64,000 nt of DNA from a virus. This document shows positions 1 to 8,501 of this stretch, piece after piece (position 1 is the stretch's first letter; each line of letters begins with the position of its first letter). The stretch covers positions 1 to 64,000 of the IMG/VR virus record IMGVR_UViG_3300010399_000036; one strand, given 5' to 3'. The position numbers and the translations under genes are program-made. The notes beneath the pieces were generated by a model. It did not search any database, had not been told where the DNA came from, and saw nothing but the letters and a program-made list of their open reading frames with translations.

Positions 1-35
1 AAGAAGGTAGCGGGCCGAGTACTCGACGGCAAAGA

Positions 36-518
36 GTGGAACGAATACCCGAAAGCAAAGGCATTTGCAGCAGCATGAGCAGCCACTATGAGACCGTGCC
101 CGGTGCGTTCTATGAAGCACTCGCCAACACTGCGGGATGGAGATCGCGTTGTGACAACTGCCACTGTCCAAAATGGGCGCACGCCTTCAAAAGTATTCGC
201 ACCGAGCAGCCGATCGTTGTCGGCACGTGCGCCTGCGGAGCGTGTCGCAACTATGTGCCCCGCCGTTCGGGGTTGAACGTCAAAGGTAACGAGCGCGACG
301 GCAACGGAACGATCAGACGGTTAAAGAAGCGCGACTCAAAGAGAATCGTCTGCGGATCGGCGGACTGTCGCGCACAAGCCGAATTCTGCAGGACGATTGA
401 GTGGAACACGGGAAACACAAAGGGAATTTCCTTCTTCTATCACTGCGGTCGCCATGCTGTGCCGCAAATCGATCAAATTCTTCGCCGTGCGCGTGTTAGT
501 CAGCAAAGGCAGTTATGA
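36..518 (+). CDS. hypothetical Cys-rich phage protein (start uncertain)
   Basis: CxxC/CxC clusters; stop overlaps the next ATG (ATGA). Confidence 0.5.
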   Translation: MERIPESKGICSSMSSHYETVPGAFYEALANTAGWRSRCDNCHCPKWAHAFKSIRTEQPIVVGTCACGACRNYVPRRSGLNVKGNERDGNGTIRRLKKRDSKRIVCGSADCRAQAEFCRTIEWNTGNTKGISFFYHCGRHAVPQIDQILRRARVSQQRQL

Positions 519-757
519 GCTCTAAGCGCCATCTACGACGATCAAGATGCGAGCGGAAGATCAAATACCGCACGGCCGGCGAAGCACGATCAGCGGCAAG
601 GAAGTTTGTCGAAATGGGTGGCGATCAATTGTTCCCATATCGCTGTGAGTATGGTTCTCACTTTCATCTAGGCCACGCTCCGTACAGAGTTGAAGTAGCA
701 AAAGCAAGTAAGCAGGCAGCTTTCAAAATACGACAGAAGATCGATAACGCAGCATGA
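515..757 (+). CDS. hypothetical phage protein (C..K..Y...A / Y.C....HFH.G type)
   Basis: CERKIKY...PYRCEYGSHFHLGH motif; ATGA coupling on both sides. Confidence 0.65.
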   Translation: MSSKRHLRRSRCERKIKYRTAGEARSAARKFVEMGGDQLFPYRCEYGSHFHLGHAPYRVEVAKASKQAAFKIRQKIDNAA

Positions 758-1134
758 GGGCAACAACGTCACAGCCGAAAAGGATTCAGCGTAAGCGGAC
801 GAAGGGTTCGAAGTTGCCGCCCAAAACACTCTGCGTTACACGTCCGAGCCTATTCAGCAACCCCTACACGCTTGAAGAGTTTGGGGGTCTGGCCTTGCCG
901 CTGTTTCGCAACACACTTTGTGGTATTTGGAATCCTTCATTGCTTGATGGGAAGCCGGACGCATATCGATGGCGTGCCTACGACTTGCATCATGCTTGGC
1001 TCAGAAGGTTCAAACAAGGGCATCCGCTTGATGTCTTGCGTACAACGTTGCCGCAGTATGACTTTATTGCATGCTGGTGTCCGTTGGACCATCCTTGCCA
1101 TGTTGACAGCATTCTGGAGTTGGCGAATCAGTAA
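754..1134 (+). CDS. DUF4326-family protein
   Basis: PKRIQRKRTKG..LP....VTRPS.FSNPY and ACWCPLDHPCH.D.ILELAN signatures. Confidence 0.8.
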   Translation: MRATTSQPKRIQRKRTKGSKLPPKTLCVTRPSLFSNPYTLEEFGGLALPLFRNTLCGIWNPSLLDGKPDAYRWRAYDLHHAWLRRFKQGHPLDVLRTTLPQYDFIACWCPLDHPCHVDSILELANQ

Positions 1135-1136
1135 AC

Positions 1137-1451
1137 ATGGCCCAAGTCTTACCAGACATTTGCAGAAATAAACATCGAGGCAATGAAGCCTCAGAAGCTG
1201 CCAATGCTCTGGTCCATGATCACAAGGCGGTAGATCGCCAGCGAATTATTAGTTACGCAGAGTTCATGGGAAGCTACGGAATTACTTTCAAAGAAGTTTG
1301 TGCGGCTCTTGATATGAAGCCACAAACCGCATCTGCAAGACTAGCAGAGTTGAAAGCTGATAGTGAATTGGAGCCAAAGCCGAATACTGACAGACGTGAT
1401 GGATGCGGAGTGTTTATTAGACCAAGAGGTCAGTTGAGTCTGAACCTGTAA
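1137..1451 (+). CDS. winged-helix DNA-binding protein
   Basis: GITFKEVCAALDMKPQTASARLAEL helix-turn-helix pattern. Confidence 0.7.
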   Translation: MAQVLPDICRNKHRGNEASEAANALVHDHKAVDRQRIISYAEFMGSYGITFKEVCAALDMKPQTASARLAELKADSELEPKPNTDRRDGCGVFIRPRGQLSLNL

Positions 1452-1476
1452 GGGGTTTGGTTGAAGTGAGGCGGGT

Positions 1477-1686
1477 ATGAGCAAGATAGAAGAAAAACGT
1501 TATTACACGGAGAAGGAGTTTTGCGAAATGATGGGAATCACCCGCAAGACGGCCCACAAGTGGCGCAAGGATAAGACGATCGGATTCATGAGAACGCCGA
1601 CAGGCTTAATACGCTACAGAGAAACCGACATCCAAGAATACGAACGGCGGACAGGTAATCGTCCCAGGGCGCAACGTGCAGCTTAA
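1477..1686 (+). CDS. xis: excisionase-like HTH protein (MerR/HTH_17)
   Basis: YYTEKEFCEMMGITRKTAHKWR...IRYRETDIQEY; convergent with the integrase. Confidence 0.8.
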   Translation: MSKIEEKRYYTEKEFCEMMGITRKTAHKWRKDKTIGFMRTPTGLIRYRETDIQEYERRTGNRPRAQRAA

Positions 1687-2816
1687 TCATCTTCTTCTAA
1701 AAGCTCAGCCGCTCGCTTTCGCGTCTGCTTGTCTGCGTGCATATAACGCCATGTGGTGCTAGGTTGAGTATGGCCCAAAAGTTTTCCAGTCTCACTCAGC
1801 GACAACCCTTTCTTAACCATCCTGGTTGCGGCCGTGTGGCGGGCGTCGTGCAGTCGAAAGTTAGCGTCAGCAAGGCCGGCCAATTTCTTCGCAGTATTGA
1901 AAGATCGTTTCACGGACTGAAACCCGAACAGCAGATCGCCGGGTTGTTTATCTTTGCAGAGGTTACGCAGTTCGTTAGCGAGCCGGAGGGTCATATCGAA
2001 TTGACGTTCGCGGCGCCGCTTTCCTTTGTAGGAAATTGCCGTGATGCAATTGTCTTCAAAGTTGATGTCAGCAACCCGCAAGCGGTACATCTCACTCCCG
2101 CGAAACCCGGTGTCGAACGCCAAGATCAAAAACGCCTTGAGATGTTCCCGTTGGCCGGTACAGGCAGCAAGCAAGCGCTCCCGCTCTTCTTTGGTGGCTA
2201 TTCGTTCCCGTGGCTGTTCTTCGGCAAGGTTGATGAGTGGATCTCCCTGACCGAACGGATTGCGGGTAATCCACTTGTTTTGAACAGCCACGGTGAAGAG
2301 TCGGCGCAGCAAGGAAAGCTCGCGGTTGACAGAAGCTATCGAACGCGGGCGCTGCTCCTCTCTATACTTCCCTTTCCCGATTCTCTTGTGAACCACAACC
2401 GGAGTGCTGAGCCGCAAACGTTTGAAGGCGGCAATATCGCCGTAGGATATTTCCCGTGCCCGACCGTGGAAATGATCACGAAGCGTTTTCAGTTTGCGCT
2501 TAACATCCTGGTAGCTTCTAAGCCCGGTTTTCTTGATGCCGTGCTTGTCATACTCAGCAGGTACGGCGTATTCCCTTTCGTAGTAGTCCGCGAGTTGCTT
2601 AAACGTGAGGCTGGCACCGTCGATGCTCCGCTCGTCTCCCTGATCTTCGAGCTCGTCAAGCATCTCTTTGATATGCCTGCGCGCTTCGCGAGACGTACCG
2701 GAAATCGCTTTACGTTTGCGCTCCCGTCGCTTACCCTGCGCATCAACCCATGTGACGCGGCCATACAAAGCCCCCGCTGCGTCTCTCCAGAACGATCCAG
2801 TTCGGTCCCGCCCCAT
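1683..2816 (-). CDS. int: tyrosine recombinase / phage integrase
   Basis: TGFRGSE (catalytic R), HDARH (HxxR), LGH...TTWRY (H/Y). The likely start is the ATG at 2816; the ORF track starts at 2855. Confidence 0.95.
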   Translation of the reverse strand: MGRDRTGSFWRDAAGALYGRVTWVDAQGKRRERKRKAISGTSREARRHIKEMLDELEDQGDERSIDGASLTFKQLADYYEREYAVPAEYDKHGIKKTGLRSYQDVKRKLKTLRDHFHGRAREISYGDIAAFKRLRLSTPVVVHKRIGKGKYREEQRPRSIASVNRELSLLRRLFTVAVQNKWITRNPFGQGDPLINLAEEQPRERIATKEERERLLAACTGQREHLKAFLILAFDTGFRGSEMYRLRVADINFEDNCITAISYKGKRRRERQFDMTLRLANELRNLCKDKQPGDLLFGFQSVKRSFNTAKKLAGLADANFRLHDARHTAATRMVKKGLSLSETGKLLGHTQPSTTWRYMHADKQTRKRAAELLEEDD

Positions 2817-2822
2817 AAAAAC

Positions 2823-3086
2823 AGCCACATTCACAACCACGTATCGGAGGCGCAACAGGTTACACGACTACCCCAAGAGTTACAAGATTTCCCTATGATA
2901 AATCGCTCTAAGGGGCGTAAAATAAGGGTTAACGTGGGATTCCTTAATGATTCGAAAAGTACAGGACGCGGACTCTTAATCAGCGGGTCGCAGGTTCGAG
3001 CCCTGCTCGGCTCACCAGAATTCCTAAGTAAATCTCACAAATCTCTAAGTCAACAAAGTAGCAACCACCTATCGAAACCACCTTCG
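2823..3086 (+). repeat. integrase arm-type direct repeats of attP
   Basis: CAACCACGTATCG (2834-2846) vs CAACCACCTATCG (3062-3074), plus AGCCACATTC (2823) and AACCACCTTCG (3076), flanking the core. Confidence 0.65.
2968..3017 (+). other. attP core: 3' half of tRNA-Lys(CTT)
   Basis: GACTCTTAATCAGCGGGTCGCAGGTTCGAGCCCTGCTCGGCTCACCA gives the anticodon loop, T-arm and CCA end. There is no 5' half, and it lies next to the integrase. Confidence 0.88.
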
Positions 3087-3127
3087 GCTTTGATGGGTGT
3101 ATTTGCATGCGCGGGAGGCGCTATTTG

Positions 3128-3688
3128 ATGCCTTATCTCTACGCCATACAAATGGTTATTCCGGACTACGCCTTCCCGCCACTAAAAGTCGGTTTTACTA
3201 CTAACCCTGAATCCAGACTCCGACATTACGGTAGTGGGCCGTTTCCTACTCGTTGGCTTGGCTGTTGGGAGGCCGTTGAGGGTGAAAGCGAGGGTGAGAT
3301 CCACGCCCGCTTTGCTAAGCATCGGCTCACCGGCGAATGGTTCTATCCCGATACCGATCTAGTCCAGTTTGTTGAGCAACGAATTGGAACGACAATTGAG
3401 GCCATTGTCGAACGAGAATCTGCGGGTCGTGAGAAGCGCTATTACGATCTCTTTGTCGGGCAGTTTGTGACAGCGACAAACAGTGAATTCAGTGGCCAGA
3501 CTGGCTACTGTGACGATATGGAACAGGATCATGCCGTAGTTTACTTCGAAGCTTTTAACGATGGCTACGATTTGGTTCCGGCTAAGTTTCTTGCCAGGGC
3601 TAATGAATCGGCGGCGAAAAGGTATCAAGCTGAATACATGAGAACTTTGCAGCGCTGGTATGCGCCCGCTGCACACTTATGCGCGTAG
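3128..3688 (+). CDS. GIY-YIG-like (T5orf172/MUG113) protein
   Basis: YLYAIQ...LKVGFTTNPESRL...EIHARFAKHRLTGEWF. Confidence 0.8.
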   Translation: MPYLYAIQMVIPDYAFPPLKVGFTTNPESRLRHYGSGPFPTRWLGCWEAVEGESEGEIHARFAKHRLTGEWFYPDTDLVQFVEQRIGTTIEAIVERESAGREKRYYDLFVGQFVTATNSEFSGQTGYCDDMEQDHAVVYFEAFNDGYDLVPAKFLARANESAAKRYQAEYMRTLQRWYAPAAHLCA

Positions 3689-3698
3689 TTGATAGACC

Positions 3699-4445
3699 AT
3701 GACCGCCTATTACAACGAACTCGATCCGTTCGCAGCCGCATGGTTGAGAGAGCTGATCAAAGAAGATCTGATAGCACTAGGCGAAGTTGATGAGCGTAGC
3801 ATTGAAGAAGTTAAACCAGACGATCTCCGAGGATTCACACAATGCCACTTCTTCGCCGGCGGCGGCGGATGGTCGTTTGCCTTGCGACTCGCGGGAGTCT
3901 CTGACGCCGAGCCTGTTTGGACCGCATCATGTCACTGTCAACCGTGGAGCGTTGCAGGAGAAAAACAGGGCCATCAAGACGAACGCGACCTTTGGCCGTG
4001 TTTCTTTCGGCTCTTCGCAGAGCGCAAACCTGCAACGCTGTTTGGAGAACAAGTTACGGGAGCGATTCGTTGGGGATGGCTCGACAGAGCCTTCGATGAT
4101 CTTGAGAAAGCGGGTTACGCCTGCGGGGCGAAGATTATGCGAGCTAGTACCGTTGGCGCGGACCATGAACGCAAGCGGGTCTTCTTTGTGGCCGACGCCT
4201 GCGGCTCGCGATGGCAAGGATCTATCCCGAACAACCGCGTATCTAGCCGCGCGCACACGTCACTCTCCGTCGATGGCGACTCGTTTGTTAGGGCAGGGCG
4301 CGCCTTGGCGGGTGATTACAGGGATTTACTGCCTAGCGATGGGCTATCCGTCCAAATGGAACGAAACGCGCTTAAAGTCTACGGCAATGCAATCGTTCCA
4401 CAAGTCGCGCAAGCCTTCATCGAAAGCTACATGAGTTTAGTGTGA
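3699..4445 (+). CDS. C5 DNA-cytosine methyltransferase, alpha polypeptide
   Basis: Motifs FFAGGGG (I), SCHCQPWS (IV), FGEQV (VI), HERKRVFFVA (VIII) and YGNAIVPQVA (X). Confidence 0.9.
   Translation: MTAYYNELDPFAAAWLRELIKEDLIALGEVDERSIEEVKPDDLRGFTQCHFFAGGGGWSFALRLAGVSDAEPVWTASCHCQPWSVAGEKQGHQDERDLWPCFFRLFAERKPATLFGEQVTGAIRWGWLDRAFDDLEKAGYACGAKIMRASTVGADHERKRVFFVADACGSRWQGSIPNNRVSSRAHTSLSVDGDSFVRAGRALAGDYRDLLPSDGLSVQMERNALKVYGNAIVPQVAQAFIESYMSLV
3787..4434 (+). CDS. putative beta polypeptide of the C5 methyltransferase, nested in the +1 frame (start uncertain)
   Basis: Frame open for 215 codons, with LWPTPAARDGK and the motif IX-like LAMGYPSKW. Confidence 0.65.
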   Translation: MMSVALKKLNQTISEDSHNATSSPAAADGRLPCDSRESLTPSLFGPHHVTVNRGALQEKNRAIKTNATFGRVSFGSSQSANLQRCLENKLRERFVGDGSTEPSMILRKRVTPAGRRLCELVPLARTMNASGSSLWPTPAARDGKDLSRTTAYLAARTRHSPSMATRLLGQGAPWRVITGIYCLAMGYPSKWNETRLKSTAMQSFHKSRKPSSKAT

Positions 4446-4489
4446 CTGGCGGGCCTTTGTGTGTCCCGCGGTGAAGAAAGGGAGAAGAG

Positions 4490-5011
4490 TTGGAATTAGA
4501 TCGGACGAGCACCGTGCTTCCGGGTTGGGCTGAAAACCTAAAGCGCCTGCGAAGCGTTGGCGCGCGTCGCGGCCGGCATTCCCCGGCGTATGCCGCTCTT
4601 AAGGGCAAACTGTCGCGCGGGAGCGTCTTGCTAGACATCGGCTGCGGTGACAGCAAAGACCGGATCATCGCCGCGTCGCGCGGCATTGTTGCCTACGGAG
4701 TGGATTTGTTTCCGCCGCTTAGTCGTTCGACCGAGCGTTTTGTGCGCGCTGATGCCCGACGATTGCCCTTTAGTGCCTCATCGGTTGATGCGGTGATTTG
4801 CCAAGCAATGATCTCTCTTATTCCGCCGGATGACCGCTATGGCTTTTACTGCGAGGTCGCACGGGTTCTGAAGATCGGTGGTTGGTTCTCGATAGTTTTT
4901 TACTCTCTTGTTGACGGTTGGCGAGTGACACCGGAACACGAGAACCAGCGAATTGCTGCGTCTGGGCTTAAATACGTTCATTCAGGTTTATACCAAAAGG
5001 AGATTTCATGA
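4490..5011 (+). CDS. class I SAM-dependent methyltransferase
   Basis: LLDIGCGD, GVD, ADARRLPF...SVDAV, EVARVLKIGG. Confidence 0.85.
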   Translation: MELDRTSTVLPGWAENLKRLRSVGARRGRHSPAYAALKGKLSRGSVLLDIGCGDSKDRIIAASRGIVAYGVDLFPPLSRSTERFVRADARRLPFSASSVDAVICQAMISLIPPDDRYGFYCEVARVLKIGGWFSIVFYSLVDGWRVTPEHENQRIAASGLKYVHSGLYQKEIS

Positions 5012-5739
5012 CTGAAGCATTGACCGTTCAAAATGTCGGACCTGTTTCATCAGTTCACCTTGTGGCGCGCAATCCCGTTGAGATGCAGAACGCGCAAGCT
5101 GATTTAGCCGTCTGGCTCAAGAATAAGATCGTTGAAATCGAAATCGAAATTAACGACTTGGACGCCGCGCTTAATGAGGCGGCTGCGGCGGGGTGGAACA
5201 TGGACGCTCTGCGGCGGCAACTCAACAAAACAACTCGACAACAGGAGTTCTATCGCAAGCTGCTCGCAGCAGTGCAGGCCGGATACACGATCATTCCCGA
5301 CATTCCCGTCGAGGTCTTTGCGATTCGCGTTGAACGTGCTCGCCCACGTGGGGATCGTGTTAGCAGCGATTACGGCCCGCGCTACGCCGTTCCCAACGAT
5401 GAAAAGCCTGACAAGCTGCCAGCAGGAGAGGGCGAGTACGTCAGTCCAGTGCCGGAAGTTTGGCGCGGCACCGCAACGATGACCCGAAAAGATCAGACCA
5501 CGTACACGCGACACTATGCGGACCCAAGCGAGTTTCGCGATGTTGTGTTTCCACTAAGAGCCGCCCGCGTAGAGGTAATGAGCGCAACCAAAGACGCGAT
5601 GGCCCACAAGATTTTTGATCAGGTTGCAATTTGTCCCGCGAAGCGTAAAGCAGATCCCTTGATCATCGGGCAAGTGATCGGCCCTAAAGCAACGATAAGT
5701 TTCATCATCGCGTGGCACCTTAACCTAAACGAACTCTGA
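5008..5739 (+). CDS. hypothetical protein with N-terminal coiled coil
   Basis: AGGAG SD, ATGA coupling, 243 aa. Confidence 0.7.
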   Translation: MTEALTVQNVGPVSSVHLVARNPVEMQNAQADLAVWLKNKIVEIEIEINDLDAALNEAAAAGWNMDALRRQLNKTTRQQEFYRKLLAAVQAGYTIIPDIPVEVFAIRVERARPRGDRVSSDYGPRYAVPNDEKPDKLPAGEGEYVSPVPEVWRGTATMTRKDQTTYTRHYADPSEFRDVVFPLRAARVEVMSATKDAMAHKIFDQVAICPAKRKADPLIIGQVIGPKATISFIIAWHLNLNEL

Positions 5740-5761
5740 TTCATCTTTGCAAGGAGAATCG

Positions 5762-6124
5762 ATGATCTTATTACTTCCCTTACTTCTAATGCTCAGTTCA
5801 GATCGTTGTGCCACGGTAAATGTTAGACCAACGCCAACAGTTGTAACTGCGGGCTCAACCATGGGCTTTCAGGTCATAGTCACCAACTGCGGCGACAAGC
5901 CTGTGATGATTAAGACCTATGCCGAGCTGGAAACGGCTTGCGGAGGTGAAGTGGACTTACCCAAGAACTACTGGCGCTTACAACCCGGTCAGGCGTTCCA
6001 GCCTAACATGACTTATCCGATTCCATCCGATGCCTGTCCCGGTATCTACCGTGTGCTGGTGGAAGCATCCGTCGGTAACACGGTTATCGGTTCAGGGGAT
6101 GCGACTTTCGAGGTGGTGGAGTGA
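5762..6124 (+). CDS. exported Ig-like beta-sandwich protein
   Basis: AGGAG SD, hydrophobic N-terminus, PGIYRVLVEAS...ATFEV strand pattern. Confidence 0.6.
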   Translation: MILLLPLLLMLSSDRCATVNVRPTPTVVTAGSTMGFQVIVTNCGDKPVMIKTYAELETACGGEVDLPKNYWRLQPGQAFQPNMTYPIPSDACPGIYRVLVEASVGNTVIGSGDATFEVVE

Positions 6125-6174
6125 TGGCAGAAGTACTAACTAGAGTTGACGAAGGAGATTCGCTCTAAAACGTA

Positions 6175-6732
6175 ATGGCTAGAGATTACCCTGATTCATT
6201 CGCGCCCGATCCAATTGACCGCGTTGCGGGTCGTGTGATTTCGCGTGGCTATCACCACGAGTTTAAGAAGGCGCAGAACAACCGGGAGGTGTGGGATGCG
6301 CCACCAGATACGGTGCCGACGTGTTACACGCCCGAGCCGATCAAGTCGCTTATGGGCCAACGTAAGGGCTGCCTTGTTGTGATCGGATACCTTGGCCGTC
6401 GGCACAGTCAGTTTGGGAAAAAGAGAGGGCAAATTCTCTTGGTACGCTGTGACTGTGGCAGACACGAAGAACGGGTGGCGCAGCGATGGCGCAAACGTGG
6501 AAATGAGATTTTCGAGATGTGCCAGTTTTGCAATCAGCGAGAAAGGTTGAAGACATCGCATTTGTCAAACGCCGAGCGTGATCGGTTAGAAAACTTAAAT
6601 AGAGCACGGCATGGACTCCCATCAAAGCACGATGAGATGTCAGAGAGACTAAAGAGAAAACTGGTGAATTTTTATTCAAGGGGTCGAGATCCTAATCAGT
6701 GGAAGAAGCATCGACATAAGCGACTACCGTAA
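6175..6732 (+). CDS. hypothetical protein with HNH/AP2-associated N-terminal module
   Basis: GQRKGCLVVIG...VRCDCG...CQFC. Confidence 0.55.
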   Translation: MARDYPDSFAPDPIDRVAGRVISRGYHHEFKKAQNNREVWDAPPDTVPTCYTPEPIKSLMGQRKGCLVVIGYLGRRHSQFGKKRGQILLVRCDCGRHEERVAQRWRKRGNEIFEMCQFCNQRERLKTSHLSNAERDRLENLNRARHGLPSKHDEMSERLKRKLVNFYSRGRDPNQWKKHRHKRLP

Positions 6733-6838
6733 TTAACACCGTTGACGCTCTAATTGCCTTTGAAGCTGAACACAAGATCGGAGTTGAGTAGAAATCTCCA
6801 CCTTTAGGCAGTGGTTAATTCGGAGGCTTGGGGGAACC

Positions 6839-7027
6839 GTGAGAACGTGTCGCCACCGATGGCGAATTCTCATTGAGCATTACCCTACGTTCGCGTGGGA
6901 CAAGTGGCAGTGCAGGCGCTGCAATGTTTGCAAAGACTTTCCCCATAGCGAACCGCCAGAACCAATTCGCACGGAGATTTGCAGCCTTGGCGGTGTTCAT
7001 ACCGTTAACGGTCTAGGAGGCCGCTGA
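6839..7027 (+). CDS. small Zn-finger protein
   Basis: GGAGG SD; CRHRW...WQCRRC. Confidence 0.5.
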   Translation: MRTCRHRWRILIEHYPTFAWDKWQCRRCNVCKDFPHSEPPEPIRTEICSLGGVHTVNGLGGR

Positions 7028-7230
7028 CTGAATGGGCAATTCCGCGCATTGATCCAAACGTCAAGTATCGCGGCGTAAGTGAATTGCGCAAATTGAATTC
7101 GGAGACATTGCGCGACTTACCTTCGGCACTTGTGATTACAGATAACGGAGAGCCCTTAGCAGTGATAGTGAGTTTCGAAATGTTTCTGCGGATGCAGAGT
7201 GAACGCGAACAACGAGACGGAGTTGATTAA
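7024..7230 (+). CDS. Phd/YefM-like antitoxin-fold protein (CTG start; not in ORF track)
   Basis: GVSELRKLNSETL...LVITDNGEPLAVIVSFE; CTGA and TAATG overlaps with its neighbours. Confidence 0.6.
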   Translation: MTEWAIPRIDPNVKYRGVSELRKLNSETLRDLPSALVITDNGEPLAVIVSFEMFLRMQSEREQRDGVD

Positions 7231-7688
7231 TGGCATATCAAAACAACGGGCAATCAAAAACGAGCACGTACAGCGCGTGGCTCGCCATGAGGAGCAGATG
7301 TTATACGAAGAGTGATAAGAGTTACCGTCGTTAAGGGGGCCGAGGCATCCGAGTGTGTGAGCGCTGGTCGTCGTTCCTGAATTTCTATGCCGACATGGGA
7401 CCGCGACCCTCGCCTAATCACTCACTAGACCGCCTTAATAACGATGGAAACTATGAGCCTGATAATTGCCGTTGGGCCACGCAAGCAGAGCAGCAGAGAA
7501 ATCGCAGTACTACTGTCTTGATCACGATCAATGGTGTTACGAAGTGCGCCGCAGACTGGGCCGATGAAAAGGGCATATCGAGGGAAACGGTGTCGCAACG
7601 CATGAGACGCTCAGGCTGGACCGGCGAACGCGCGGCCTTAACTCCTATAGGCCCCTACAAAAGAAGAGCGGAAGTGAGATCTATATGA
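7230..7688 (+). pseudogene. HNH homing endonuclease with an in-frame TAA at 7332-7334
   Basis: TYSAWLAMRSRC...SYRR*GGRGIRVCERW...SLDRLNNDGNYEPDNCRWAT. Confidence 0.85.
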
Positions 7689-8110
7689 CTAATGCGGATG
7701 ATGAACTGTTGAGTGGAAGAGACCTGCGCGATGCGGTTGCGTTACGGGTAATGGGCTGGACGCTCGCAGATCGCCGCGCAATGGGATGGAGTCCCGGGCC
7801 AGACGTGTGGTTAACAGGCGATGTAGAGAACCCTACGGAGCAAGACTGGTGGCCCACCGAATCCATTGAGGCAGCATTCCAAGTAGTTCAGAAGATGCGG
7901 GAACGCGGCCTACGCTTTCAGTTGACGGATAGGTTTGCGGTTGATCACCGTCTGTGGTGGGTTGAGTTTGCTACACCGGACAATGAATACGGAGGTCAAC
8001 ACTTCGCGGCGACTGTTCCCGAAGCGATTTGTTTCGCCGCGCTTGAGGCAATGCGCCAATTAACTGAGCGGGACGCTGCCTTGGCCTGTCTTGAGGGGAG
8101 CAAAGGTTGA
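7685..8110 (+). CDS. phage ABA-sandwich-domain (BC1872-like) protein
   Basis: PTESIEAAFQVVQKM...TVPEAICFAAL. Confidence 0.65.
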   Translation: MTNADDELLSGRDLRDAVALRVMGWTLADRRAMGWSPGPDVWLTGDVENPTEQDWWPTESIEAAFQVVQKMRERGLRFQLTDRFAVDHRLWWVEFATPDNEYGGQHFAATVPEAICFAALEAMRQLTERDAALACLEGSKG

Positions 8111-8501
8111 AGTGAGCAAGACAGTAACAGCGATCGACTTCATGGTCCCGAACTGCAAGACCGTCTCTGAGATGAATCAAAGAGAACATTGGGGCTCCAA
8201 GAATCGGCGAAAAGATGATCAACAGGAAGCGGTAGCAATCGCGATGTACAGCGCCCTTCGCGGTAGAAAAGTCCAACTCCCGTGCACGGTGAAGTTGACC
8301 AGGATCGGACCAAAGAGACTTGATAACGACAACCTCGCGGGCGCGTTAAAGTTCTGTCAGGACCAAATTGCACGGCAGCTAGGCGTCGATGATGGCGATG
8401 AATCCAAGGTCAGGTTTTATCACTTTCAAATGCCAGTTGGATCACGAGATTACGCCGTGAAGGTTGAGATTTCCTCACAGTTGAAAACCTCACCGGAATG
8501 A
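8091..8501 (+). CDS. RusA-like Holliday junction resolvase
   Basis: LDNDNLAGALKFCQD...GVDD acidic motif; start uncertain. Confidence 0.7.
   Translation: MRGAKVEVSKTVTAIDFMVPNCKTVSEMNQREHWGSKNRRKDDQQEAVAIAMYSALRGRKVQLPCTVKLTRIGPKRLDNDNLAGALKFCQDQIARQLGVDDGDESKVRFYHFQMPVGSRDYAVKVEISSQLKTSPE

Noticed and set aside
2968-3017. Functional tRNA-Lys gene
   Set aside because: The 5' acceptor strand and D-arm are missing, so it is an att core.
1737-3128. 463-aa ORF antisense to the integrase
   Set aside because: It mirrors the integrase codons, has no recognisable motifs and runs through attP, so it is most likely a shadow ORF.
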